Shown: positions 35,307 to 45,541 of the stretch, piece by piece | How the letters are laid out: each line of letters begins with the position of its first letter | Numbering within the stretch: position 1 is the first letter of the stretch | Virus record (IMG/VR): IMGVR_UViG_3300025103_000001 | Coordinates: 1-53,641 of that record | Length of the DNA: 53,641 bases | From: a virus | Taxonomy: Duplodnaviria; Caudoviricetes | Strand: one strand, 5' to 3' | Position numbers and translations under genes: made by a program | Notes under the pieces: generated by a model | Databases searched by the model: none | What the model was told of the DNA's origin: nothing | Seen by the model: only the letters and a program-made list of their open reading frames with translations

Positions 35307-37478
35307 ATGGCTGACGAAAACACAAGCTTAGAAAATATAATGGCTGATTGGGACAGTATGGATATTGGCGAACTCGGTACATCCTTACTGGCACGTAAAG
35401 CAACAATGGACAAGGCTTCCGCAAAAAGAGCTAGAAAACAAGAAAAGCGTGAAATGGCGATGGGTGTTCTTATGGCAGGACAAGCTTTGTTTGCCAACGG
35501 AGCTAATAAAAGAATTGCAGAAAGAACAGCAGCAGGACAGTTGGATCAACAAAATTCTCCTGAACAAATTACAGATTTAAAAATAACAGGAAATGTATAT
35601 ACTATTTTAGATGAAATGGAAAATGCTTGGAATTTAAAAAATCCTAAGAGTCAAGGATTTTTAAATGCTGATGGTACTTTATCAACACAGTTTATGTCAC
35701 TAGGAGGCTTGAAGAATGCGACAATAGAAGCTCCTACATGGGAAGCTTTTGTAGATGAAAATCCACAATATAAAAATAGACTTCAGCAAGCAATCGAACC
35801 ACAACTTTTAGTTTCAATGAAAGAGTTAGGGTTATCAAACTTAGCTCAAGACGCAACATATCCTGAGTTAAAAGATAATTTAACAACTAATCTTGTAGGT
35901 AATTTTATAATAAATAGAGAAATGTTTACGAGAGAAGCAAGAACATTATTAGAAATGGGACCTGAATCAGACGATAAACAACTTTTTAAAAGGCTTGGAG
36001 GATTAAACTTATCAAGACTTAATCAACTTAAAATTAGAAGAATGAATAAAGACATTGAAGCTTTTAGAAGAAGCGGTAATCTTTTTAATAAGAATGGATA
36101 CCTTAGTGCTTTGTCTAGAATAAATTTAGCAGAAGAACCTGAGAATGGTATTTTTAATGCGGTTCAAGATTACCAAGATACAGGAATTGACATACCTTTA
36201 CAAGCTCTTAATATAAAAAATGGAGTAAGTGAATTTTTTAATCTAGAACGAAATAGTCCTAGAGGAAGAAACTATCGAGGAAGAGCTTTGTCTGACGAGG
36301 CTCAAGTAACGCGAGATGTAATTTCAGAGATACTAACAACTGGTCTTGTGGATATGACATCCAATAAAAAAATAAATACAGGTATTCAACGTAGAAGATG
36401 GAAAAGAACATCCGGTTTAAACAAAGCTATTATTGGATCTGTTATACCTGCAGGTAAGGCATATAAAGATAGAAATTATCCTTCTACACCTCCTGTACAA
36501 GGTCCTAAAACACCTCCTGAACTAGATCAACCTTATCAGAAAAAAGAATATATCAAGCGTTTAAAAGGTTTTGGTAAAAGAATACTAGGAAAAGCAGCTC
36601 CTGTTACGAATGCTATAGGAAAAGAAGTAGCAAAGACTGGAATAAAAAGTGTTATAGCAAGAGGAGCAGTACAGACTGTAATAAAAAATCCTTATGTAGC
36701 AATCGGAGCAGGAGTAACAGCAGCGTCTGCACCTATTTTTATGAAGTCTCATTTAAAAATATTACAAGACGAGCTTGGTAAAGATAAACAAGCGTTAGAA
36801 GCAGTGACAACAAGTGCTACAGGTATATATTTAAGATTAAAAGATTATAAACAAGATCCTGAATTTAATAAATCTTTTTTCTTTGATCCTGATAATCCAA
36901 ACGCTAAACCAATTACAGACGATGCTACTCTTATGAATGCTGCTATTTCTTATACACTAGCTAACAGTGTTAGTGATATAAGAACTATGACTAACCTTAG
37001 TGGAGATAAACAAACAGGTGGATTGTTCGGAGCATCAAAACGTGGCGGACTGTTTTCAGACGTAAACAATTTTGTAATCAATACTGAAAAAGTAAACAAT
37101 TTACTTGAAGAGAAGTTTAGTATACAAGACGGTCAGTTTATAGCTGAACAAGCTTATACAAGATTGAAAGATCCTTTAAGTAAAGTAGACGCAATAGAGT
37201 TAGAATTTAAACACATTGTAGAACAAGCTAAAAAAGGAGGCTTGTCTGAAGATGATGCAAATATATTATTAAAAAGATTTACATATGATATAGATGCAGC
37301 AGCAGTCTATAATGAAACTTTAGATTTTAGTACAGAATTTACAAACGCAGAAATTATAAATATACTTAAAGACTTAGACGCATCTGGATATAAATCAGTA
37401 TATGAGTTTATGGAAGATTTTAGTGAAACAGATGTAGACAAAAGACGATATAAAAGATTTGATGATTTTACACCTTAA
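35307..37478 (+). CDS. Putative internal virion protein
   Basis: 723-aa ORF in the ejection-protein position. Confidence 0.65.
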   Translation: MADENTSLENIMADWDSMDIGELGTSLLARKATMDKASAKRARKQEKREMAMGVLMAGQALFANGANKRIAERTAAGQLDQQNSPEQITDLKITGNVYTILDEMENAWNLKNPKSQGFLNADGTLSTQFMSLGGLKNATIEAPTWEAFVDENPQYKNRLQQAIEPQLLVSMKELGLSNLAQDATYPELKDNLTTNLVGNFIINREMFTREARTLLEMGPESDDKQLFKRLGGLNLSRLNQLKIRRMNKDIEAFRRSGNLFNKNGYLSALSRINLAEEPENGIFNAVQDYQDTGIDIPLQALNIKNGVSEFFNLERNSPRGRNYRGRALSDEAQVTRDVISEILTTGLVDMTSNKKINTGIQRRRWKRTSGLNKAIIGSVIPAGKAYKDRNYPSTPPVQGPKTPPELDQPYQKKEYIKRLKGFGKRILGKAAPVTNAIGKEVAKTGIKSVIARGAVQTVIKNPYVAIGAGVTAASAPIFMKSHLKILQDELGKDKQALEAVTTSATGIYLRLKDYKQDPEFNKSFFFDPDNPNAKPITDDATLMNAAISYTLANSVSDIRTMTNLSGDKQTGGLFGASKRGGLFSDVNNFVINTEKVNNLLEEKFSIQDGQFIAEQAYTRLKDPLSKVDAIELEFKHIVEQAKKGGLSEDDANILLKRFTYDIDAAAVYNETLDFSTEFTNAEIINILKDLDASGYKSVYEFMEDFSETDVDKRRYKRFDDFTP

Positions 37479-37489
37479 TAGGAAAAGAT

Positions 37490-40400
37490 ATGAGCAACGA
37501 AACTATTGCACTACAAAATTATCTTGATCTAACTCAACAAAAAGACTTAGAAGAAGAATTAGAAGATGAAGGTCTTCCGCCTCTTCCTGCAGAATTACAA
37601 GAGAAATACCTTTCTTCTTTTAGTCCTGTATCTGAAGAAGCAGATGTGGGTAGAATCCCTGTAAATCTACAAAAATCTTATGCGAAAGATTTTGCAGGAC
37701 AAACCACACTCTTAAAATCACAGCTACCATCAAAATATTCATTATCAGATCTTGAAAAAGATCCTGAGTTCATTATACGTGCCGAACGATTCATGGAAGA
37801 AATCGGCAGCAAAGAAGATATTTTTGAATACTTAAGAGATCCACAATTCAGTATATCATCTGCTGTGCAAAGATCAGTACAAATTGGTAATTGGTCAGAC
37901 CAAGCAAAAGAAGATTATGCTTGGCTAGATAATACTTTTGCCAACGCAGACTTAGAAGGCTTTAAAGAAACAATGGGAATGATTAAAGATCTTTCAATAG
38001 ATTTAGTATTTGATCCTGTCAATTGGTTAGCTGCTTTGTTTGCTGCTCCGTCTGCAGGATTATCTTTATCGGCACGAGCTGCTTTAAACAAAGCTACAAA
38101 AGAAGGCTTAAGAAGAATAAGTAAAGCTTCTCTTGGTCGTGTAAAAGGTGTTGCACAAGGTAGAGCATTAGAAGCCGGTAGAAAAACAGGACAGTATGGT
38201 ATGGCAGAAGGCGCAGTATACGGAGGCGCACACGATTTCTTTTTACAAAACTCTGAAAAAGAATTAGGCTTAAGAGAAAACATAGACCTAACACAGACTG
38301 CTTTAGTAGGTAGTATTGGCGCAGGTTTAGGTGGTATTCTTGGAGGATCAATAGGTGCTTATACCGCTTATTCACCTATGTTAAAAACAAAAGCATGGAA
38401 CTATGCAAACGCAACAGGTATTGATAAGTCTACAAGAGGAACAACAAAATCTCCTATTAAACCTGATGAACTAAGAACTGCTAAATATAACGAGTGGGCA
38501 GACGAAGAGTTAATACAACATGGTAATATATTAGAAGGTTTAGCAGATAAAGGTTTAATTAATTTACAGAAACTATTTCCTGAAGGAAAATTAGGACCTG
38601 CTCCTAAAGTTGTATTAACAAGGAAAACTCCTAAAGGATTAGCGTGGGCAAGATATAAGAGGAAAAATAATACCATTACTATAAACATGGTAGAGTTAGA
38701 AAAAAGATACGCTGCTAAAGCTTGGACTGATCCAAAAGTTAAAGGAGTAAATCCTCTTCCTGAAGATAGTTTTAAAACACTAGAAGAATTTAGAGACTTT
38801 ATTTTATACCACGAAGCATCTCATTCTTATATGAAAAAAGGAGCAAAAGAAAGTAAAGCTGCTTATGAGAATAGAACAAATAGTTATGCTTTAAAGATGT
38901 TAGGAAGAGAAACTCCTGATACTGTCGAAGAAAAGCTTAGTACAATTATAGTAGAAAACACTAGAGATCCACTTACTAAAACTAAAAAAGAATTAGACAC
39001 AGCAAGGAAAGGCGGAGAGCTTACTGGTGGACAGTACTGGCTTAAACGAGCATTGCTTGGTTATTATGGTAAATCAACTTCTATACTTGCAGGCGCGGCA
39101 CAAGATTCTGTAGCTCTACAAGGTTTTCTAGGAAGACTAAGATACGACTGGAATCATACTTTAGCAAAAGGTGTGGATAAAGTTCAAGGATATACATATG
39201 AAGAAGGAGTAAGTAGACTATCAAGCAAATGGAAAGTAGGTTTAGAAGCAGCTATTAAACCTTTATTAAGAGCAACTTTTAAAGACGGAGATACATTAGG
39301 TAGTAGATTTAGTAATGTATTTAATGATGTTCTTAAACACGATGAGAACGAACAACTACTTCGTCTTTTATGGGAACCCAACGCTCCTAGTGTAAGATAT
39401 AAAGATATTAATGGGAAACTTAAAACCGTATATATTAAAGGGAAAAACGAAATAGCAGATCCTGCTAAAGAATATGTTAATAGTAATGTTTTAATAGCCG
39501 CACGAAATATAAAAGGTGTTACAAATAAAATTGCAGACGAAGCAATTGCTGTCGGATTAATTACAAGATTGCAAGTTATAAAAAATTACTTTCCAAGACA
39601 GTTTCAACACGATAAAATTGTAGCAAACAAAGGTAAGTTTATTAGTATTATTGCAAACTCTAAGCACGCAAATCCTGCTAATGCTTATGCCTCTAATAAA
39701 TATGCACTAGTTTCAGAAGCTCTAGATAAGAACGGACGTTTGAAATTTAAACTAAGAAAAGAATTAGAAGAAGCAGGATATAAATCTACGCGTGCAAAGG
39801 GTTCGTGGAATAATGTTAATGAAAAGAATATTAACTTAAAAGAACTTGAAGAATTATATGCTTACTCTACACAACAAAATAGAGTAGTAACTAGGCTTGG
39901 AAAAAAATATGGTGGACATTGGGTAGATGCAGATTATTTTGAAGGACGAGACTTCCTCAGAGAATCAATGGATAGCTTTAAAATTACTAAAGAACTTTCA
40001 AGCGATGAGATACTTGGAAATCAAATAAGCGGTAATGCGCTAATGAATTTACTTGGTAAGGATTATGATAAAGTTTTTGTAAAAGCTAGACAACTTAAAG
40101 CAGAAGCCATTGTAGAGAATATGCTTAAACGAAGAGAAATGGAGTTTATGGACGGTGCGTATATAGAAGCAATGAACTTTCACAAAGCACGTACACAGGG
40201 TAGTTTTAAAAATAGAGTATTCCATGAAATTCCTGATCAACACGTTTATGATGCAGATGGAAAATTATGGATTGAAGGTTTTGAAGACTTTGTAGATAGA
40301 GATGTTAATAGAGTTCTATCTAATTATACAATGAGTTCAGCGCGAACAATAGAAAGAGCAAGACAATTTGGTAAAAGTGAAAGTGTTTTTCAAAATAAGT

Positions 40401-43400
40401 TTATTGCTCCTATAAGAGAAGAACTTGATAATGCAAAATATTCTGAGCAAGAAAGAAAAGAAATAATAGACAGGGTTAAATTACTTTATAAAAGAAGCAC
40501 AGGATTAGATGTCCCAACATGGGAGAATATACTTAATGATGAAAGGCTAGGACAAAAAGTAACTACAATTACAGACTGGGCAAAAACAAGTCAGCAGCTT
40601 GCGCATTTACCATTAGCTACTTTATCAAGTTTAACTGAACCTCTTATTCTTTTAAGTCGTATTGATAATCCAAATATATTAAGTCGTGAAGGTTATGAAA
40701 CAGGACAAGTAATTGTAAAATCAATTGTAAAAGGAATTAGAAAAGATTTAGACAGGACAACAAGAGCCATTGGAAAATTTAAAGGTAAGAAAACTTATGG
40801 CATGAAAGATATAGATGATGAAGCGTGGAGAGAAATCTATGAAACTGGTCTTGCTTTAGAACAAGCTACAATGCAGAGACTAGAAGGTTTATATGGGGAA
40901 GCTCCAAGAAATGCAATTCATAGAGGTGTTCAAAATGCATTCTTCCATGCTAATCTTTTAACACAATGGACAGGTGCTGTTCAACTTGCTGCTTTTACAA
41001 CAGGTAAAAGATTAATAAAACAAAATACTGAAAAGCTCTATAAAAACAAACAAGGTTTAATTAAATTAACAGATCAAGAAAAGAAAAGAGCTACAGATAG
41101 GTTGTGGGAAGCAGGTATTAATGATAAGGAAGCAATACTTTGGTATAAAAGCTCTTTAAATAAAGCAGGAGATTTTGATCCTTCTCTAGCACAAGGACTT
41201 CAAGGTTCTAAAAAATTAAGAGAAAAGCAATTAGCATTCCATGAAAATTATTATCAAAGAGGCGCGGCACGTTTTGCTAAAGAAATTATTCTTGTACCTA
41301 CTACGGCTGCAGCCAACAGACCATTATGGCACTCACATCCTGCAGGTCAGTTGTTAGCTCAGTTTGCAGGATATCCTACTGCATTTAATAATACTATTCT
41401 AAAAAGATTTGCAAGAGAAGTATATACTGATCCAATACACGCAACACCAAAAATTATAGGAACAACAGTTCTAATGACAAGCGTGGCAACACTAATGAAT
41501 GCTATTAGAAGTCAAGGCGATAGTTTGGCAGATAAAAGCGCAGGAGAGATTGTTGGAAAAAGTATTCAGCGTTGGGGTGGTATGGGTCCATTAGAAGTAG
41601 CTTATCGTTATAAAATTAATGCAGGTTTCGGAAGTGGACAGTTGGGATCTTTACTTAAAGCTCCTGCAGGACCATTAGGACAAGACGTTTTAGATATGAT
41701 TTTATATCGTAAAGGATTAGGTGAGTTTGCACTTTCTAACCTACCCGGAAGTGCAGCTTTTCAAATGATAGGTGGAGATGCTTATAAATCTTATTTAACT
41801 CAAGCAGGTAGAAAGTTTGATAAAGGTACTTGGGGTAAAGCTTTTGGACCTGCTAAGAAAGGAGGTAAAGCTCCAAAGTCTAGATCATATTATAGCTTTG
41901 CAACCGGTGGAGTAGTTGATATACCTAATGCTATAAATGAACCCGATGAGAAAAAAGATCCTATTACAGGACTTCCATACAACCAACAAGCAGGAATCTT
42001 AGGACAAGACGAAGAAGAAAGGTTTGGATTTGTTATAGGTGGTATTGCGCGTAGAGTATATCACGGATCACCTTATAGATTTAATAAATTCCTACTGGAA
42101 CATTTAAGTACAGGCGAGGGTAATCAAGCATTTGGTAAAGGATTTTATTTTGCTGAAGATAAAGCGCTTGCAGAGCATTATGCACAAAGACTTTATAAAG
42201 CTAAAACACAAGCTCTTGATGAATTACACACTAGAGCGGATAGGGGTTATACTGGAAAAGAATTATATGATTATCAAAATTATCAAGTTGGTGATGAAAC
42301 TGTATTGCCTATAGATGACTATCCTAAACAAGTGATTACTTTTGAAAATGATCCGGAAACTTTTATAGACATATCAAGAAGTCAAATTGATCATAAAGGT
42401 GATGATAGTGCTGCTTTTATAATGGCGCTAGATCAATACATTATGCCGCGCCTTGCACACGCAAGTAAAAATAGTCGTGTAAGTTTAAAAGGAATTTTAG
42501 ACAGTAAAGGATTTAAAAAAGAAATAGAAAACATACAAGAAAGTTTATATGAAATTGATATAAATGTAAAGGACTCACAAATAATAGATTGGGATAAAGA
42601 CATCCTCGCTCAAGATAAAATTGTAATAAATAAAGCAAGGGGAGCGTTGGCTAATAAACTTCATAGTGAAAATAGACTTAATGATATGACGGCTGATTTT
42701 AAAGAGGCTATAGAGACTGCGAATAAAATAATTAATCAAGACGGATATAAAGGAGAAGACTTGCTTGAGGAACTTATACATCATAAAGTACCTCTTGCTG
42801 AAGGAATAGAAAGACAAGATCCAGTTGCGCTTTCTTTAGGTAGGAAAAGATTTCAACAAGAAGGCACAACTGTTGAGATTCGCGATGTTGAGCGTCAGAA
42901 TAATTGGTTAGTAAACGCAGGTATTAAAGCTATTAAATTTCTTGATGGAAACTCTAGAGCAGAAGGTAAAGGTTTTAGTAATTGGGTAGTTAATGATCCA
43001 AGATTAATTGAAATTTCAAAAGTATATGGTGTGAGTATTCCGGCAGCAGCTACTATTTTATATGGATTATCTCAAGGACAAAGTGCTGAATCATTTAATA
43101 GACAAGGCTTTGCAGAAGGCGGTGTCGTTGGAGATGATACAGAAACAATGTCTTACTTAACAAGAGATACAAGAAAGGCTGCACCATATTTAGATAATAA
43201 AGAATTAATAACTATTACTCCTACAAGAAACCTCAAAGATTTTTCAAAAGGAATAACTCAAACAGTTTATCGGCATTTAAAAGAAGGAACAGAAATTGAA
43301 AACCTTGAAGATTTTGATCTCTCAACACAAGTAGGAGTTCCTGTACACACTAAAAATGACGGACATCAAGCAGGTAAAGTAAGACTTTATAATCCATTGG

Positions 43401-44683
43401 ATTTAAGACAAAGAAAGATAAAAGATTTTCAAGGCTATAAGTTTGTAGATCAGTTAATAAGACATAAAACAATTCGTCAGATTATTGCTAATAATTCTAA
43501 GCTGCCTAAAGCAGAAGCACATGAAAGACTAAAAGATCTTATTGGACAATATCGCTCTGATGTTATACTGGTAAACAAACAACAGTTTTCTGATCCTCAA
43601 AAAATTGAATACGCTTTAAATGTTAAAGTAGCTAGAGATGCTAAAAATATACTAAGTGAACTAGGTTATGACAGTATTCTTTATAACAAAGACGGAGAGA
43701 CAGCCGCTATGTTATTTGAACCCGGACAGTTTAGAGCTATTAAAGGCTCTGCACCTATACAATCAGAAACAGATGAACAGATGGAGTCTCTTGGTTTTCA
43801 ACGAAGGCAATACAGTTTAGGCGGTTCAATAAGTAGACTTTTAGATAAAGTAATTAACACCAAAGCTGAACGAATCAGAAAAGGACCTGCTCCTCTTGCC
43901 TTTAGACAAATGTTTCATGATCTTGCAGGTGGAACAGATGAACTTACAGAGGCTGATTTAAGAAAAGATGAGATAAAAGGTTTTAAAAAAATTATACGAG
44001 AAGGTATGAAAGATGGGACAATTAAAAAAGTAGGTCGTAATAAATGGAATATAAGTTATGATGCTTATAAAACTCATGACAAATCTAAAGGTGAAACTAT
44101 GTATGCTGATATAAATTTTAAAACTGGAATACATAAAATTATACCAAAGCTCAACAATCTTAATTTTAATTTTAAAACTACGGTTGGTCAAGGTACACTT
44201 ATTAAAGATAAAAATGGAAACTTTATTGTAAAAGATCAATATAATTTTAATGATTCTCCGGGCTTAAAACTTCAACAATACTTTACAACTCCTGAAGGAA
44301 GAGAAACTTTAGGTTCTTATTTAAAAGGTATGCGATATGATCTAACAAGAAATTTAGAGAGTAGTGGATTAAGACCTCAAGATCAAGTAAAAGAAGGAGA
44401 GTCTCGTTTATATCCTGAAACATGGAAATCTGATACTTATGGAGAAGTTGTAGGAACAGGACCATTAGGCTTTAAACCTTTATACGGACAAGTCAGAAAC
44501 TTTATGGGACATTTTGGAAGCGGTACTGGACAAGGCAGTATGATTAATATTAATCTAGGAAATCTACAAACAGAGCCTACAGATTTTATAAAGCCTGTAT
44601 TAACTCCTCAACCTACTAAGTCTAACATAACAGAAAATCAAAATGTTGCGGTAGATATGATGAGCCAATATTATAAAAAATAA
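37490..44683 (+). CDS. Giant internal virion (polyvalent-like) protein with HExxH and ADP-ribosyltransferase-like domains
   Basis: 2397 aa; HEASH at 38810-38824; VYHGS...GEG.QAFGKGFYFAE at about 42055-42160; second degenerate ART-like block at about 43260-43740. Confidence 0.75.
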   Translation: MSNETIALQNYLDLTQQKDLEEELEDEGLPPLPAELQEKYLSSFSPVSEEADVGRIPVNLQKSYAKDFAGQTTLLKSQLPSKYSLSDLEKDPEFIIRAERFMEEIGSKEDIFEYLRDPQFSISSAVQRSVQIGNWSDQAKEDYAWLDNTFANADLEGFKETMGMIKDLSIDLVFDPVNWLAALFAAPSAGLSLSARAALNKATKEGLRRISKASLGRVKGVAQGRALEAGRKTGQYGMAEGAVYGGAHDFFLQNSEKELGLRENIDLTQTALVGSIGAGLGGILGGSIGAYTAYSPMLKTKAWNYANATGIDKSTRGTTKSPIKPDELRTAKYNEWADEELIQHGNILEGLADKGLINLQKLFPEGKLGPAPKVVLTRKTPKGLAWARYKRKNNTITINMVELEKRYAAKAWTDPKVKGVNPLPEDSFKTLEEFRDFILYHEASHSYMKKGAKESKAAYENRTNSYALKMLGRETPDTVEEKLSTIIVENTRDPLTKTKKELDTARKGGELTGGQYWLKRALLGYYGKSTSILAGAAQDSVALQGFLGRLRYDWNHTLAKGVDKVQGYTYEEGVSRLSSKWKVGLEAAIKPLLRATFKDGDTLGSRFSNVFNDVLKHDENEQLLRLLWEPNAPSVRYKDINGKLKTVYIKGKNEIADPAKEYVNSNVLIAARNIKGVTNKIADEAIAVGLITRLQVIKNYFPRQFQHDKIVANKGKFISIIANSKHANPANAYASNKYALVSEALDKNGRLKFKLRKELEEAGYKSTRAKGSWNNVNEKNINLKELEELYAYSTQQNRVVTRLGKKYGGHWVDADYFEGRDFLRESMDSFKITKELSSDEILGNQISGNALMNLLGKDYDKVFVKARQLKAEAIVENMLKRREMEFMDGAYIEAMNFHKARTQGSFKNRVFHEIPDQHVYDADGKLWIEGFEDFVDRDVNRVLSNYTMSSARTIERARQFGKSESVFQNKFIAPIREELDNAKYSEQERKEIIDRVKLLYKRSTGLDVPTWENILNDERLGQKVTTITDWAKTSQQLAHLPLATLSSLTEPLILLSRIDNPNILSREGYETGQVIVKSIVKGIRKDLDRTTRAIGKFKGKKTYGMKDIDDEAWREIYETGLALEQATMQRLEGLYGEAPRNAIHRGVQNAFFHANLLTQWTGAVQLAAFTTGKRLIKQNTEKLYKNKQGLIKLTDQEKKRATDRLWEAGINDKEAILWYKSSLNKAGDFDPSLAQGLQGSKKLREKQLAFHENYYQRGAARFAKEIILVPTTAAANRPLWHSHPAGQLLAQFAGYPTAFNNTILKRFAREVYTDPIHATPKIIGTTVLMTSVATLMNAIRSQGDSLADKSAGEIVGKSIQRWGGMGPLEVAYRYKINAGFGSGQLGSLLKAPAGPLGQDVLDMILYRKGLGEFALSNLPGSAAFQMIGGDAYKSYLTQAGRKFDKGTWGKAFGPAKKGGKAPKSRSYYSFATGGVVDIPNAINEPDEKKDPITGLPYNQQAGILGQDEEERFGFVIGGIARRVYHGSPYRFNKFLLEHLSTGEGNQAFGKGFYFAEDKALAEHYAQRLYKAKTQALDELHTRADRGYTGKELYDYQNYQVGDETVLPIDDYPKQVITFENDPETFIDISRSQIDHKGDDSAAFIMALDQYIMPRLAHASKNSRVSLKGILDSKGFKKEIENIQESLYEIDINVKDSQIIDWDKDILAQDKIVINKARGALANKLHSENRLNDMTADFKEAIETANKIINQDGYKGEDLLEELIHHKVPLAEGIERQDPVALSLGRKRFQQEGTTVEIRDVERQNNWLVNAGIKAIKFLDGNSRAEGKGFSNWVVNDPRLIEISKVYGVSIPAAATILYGLSQGQSAESFNRQGFAEGGVVGDDTETMSYLTRDTRKAAPYLDNKELITITPTRNLKDFSKGITQTVYRHLKEGTEIENLEDFDLSTQVGVPVHTKNDGHQAGKVRLYNPLDLRQRKIKDFQGYKFVDQLIRHKTIRQIIANNSKLPKAEAHERLKDLIGQYRSDVILVNKQQFSDPQKIEYALNVKVARDAKNILSELGYDSILYNKDGETAAMLFEPGQFRAIKGSAPIQSETDEQMESLGFQRRQYSLGGSISRLLDKVINTKAERIRKGPAPLAFRQMFHDLAGGTDELTEADLRKDEIKGFKKIIREGMKDGTIKKVGRNKWNISYDAYKTHDKSKGETMYADINFKTGIHKIIPKLNNLNFNFKTTVGQGTLIKDKNGNFIVKDQYNFNDSPGLKLQQYFTTPEGRETLGSYLKGMRYDLTRNLESSGLRPQDQVKEGESRLYPETWKSDTYGEVVGTGPLGFKPLYGQVRNFMGHFGSGTGQGSMININLGNLQTEPTDFIKPVLTPQPTKSNITENQNVAVDMMSQYYKK

Positions 44684-44684
44684 C

Positions 44685-44713
44685 TTGACGGATTTTTAAT
44701 ACGATGCTATTAT
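44685..44713 (+). promoter_or_regulatory. sigma70 promoter for the accessory/lysis block
   Basis: TTGACG-17 bp-TATTAT with TGn. Confidence 0.75.
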
Positions 44714-44839
44714 ATACAGAAGAACAACTTGAAGCCTCTTATAAAATATATAGGCTTCACCAAATAAAACAAGATCTTTCTTGTATGACTTTAAATAATT
44801 TTAGAAAGCTCTACGAAGAACTAGCAGAGGAGATAATGC

Positions 44840-45280
44840 ATGGGATTCCCCTTTGAAATAATTACAATGCTAGGATCTACATTGCTTAGTAGTCTTCTAA
44901 GTATATGGTCACAAAGTAGAAAAGCTAAAGAAGAACAACAGAAGCTTCTTATTACAAGAGGCGAGTTTGAGATGAAAGCTAAGAAGCAATCTCTTGATCA
45001 CGGCTTAAAGGATCAAGGCTTTGCTTGGACACGAAGAATAATTGCTTTAGTTTCTGTACTTGCTATAGTAGTACTACCAAAAATAGTAGCGGTTTATTAT
45101 CCTGATGTTGCTGTGACTGTTGGTTATACGAATTGGAATCCTGGCTTTTGGTTCTTCCGTGAAGGAAGAGAAGTTTTTGAATGGATCACTTTTCAAGGTT
45201 TGGTAATTACGCAGTTAGATACTAATTTAGTATCAGCTATTATCGGAATGTATTTCGGTGGCAGCTTAGTTAAAAAATAA
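44840..45280 (+). CDS. Holin-like membrane protein
   Basis: Two to three hydrophobic segments, WTRRIIAL, C-terminal IIGMYFGGSLVKK; GAGGAG Shine-Dalgarno. Confidence 0.55.
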   Translation: MGFPFEIITMLGSTLLSSLLSIWSQSRKAKEEQQKLLITRGEFEMKAKKQSLDHGLKDQGFAWTRRIIALVSVLAIVVLPKIVAVYYPDVAVTVGYTNWNPGFWFFREGREVFEWITFQGLVITQLDTNLVSAIIGMYFGGSLVKK

Positions 45281-45291
45281 AGGTAAAACAA

Positions 45292-45414
45292 ATGAAAAAA
45301 TTTAAAATAATTTGTAAGAAAATTTACAATAAAACAAAAGAAATTATTAAAAAATGTATAGAATATGTCCTAAAAGGAATAGGCTATATAAAGGATTTAC
45401 TTAGTAATAGATAG
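45292..45414 (+). CDS. 40-aa cationic amphipathic peptide (not in ORF track)
   Basis: MKKFKIICKKIYNKTKEIIKKCIEYVLKGIGYIKDLLSNR*; AAGG Shine-Dalgarno. Confidence 0.55.
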   Translation: MKKFKIICKKIYNKTKEIIKKCIEYVLKGIGYIKDLLSNR

Positions 45415-45438
45415 TAATACCATTACTAGGTAGGTAAA

Positions 45439-45541
45439 GTCTTCTTAGAACGCTCATACGGAGGTCTAAGAGGCATTAACGAAGCATACTCTAAGTAGTA
45501 TGTTTTACAATATTAATCTTGCTTATAATAAGGAGAATAAA
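45439..45541 (+). promoter_or_regulatory. ROSE-like RNA thermometer leader of hsp20
   Basis: UCUUGCUUA-UAA-UAAGGAGA pairs the Shine-Dalgarno with a bulged G; two upstream hairpins. Confidence 0.6.
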
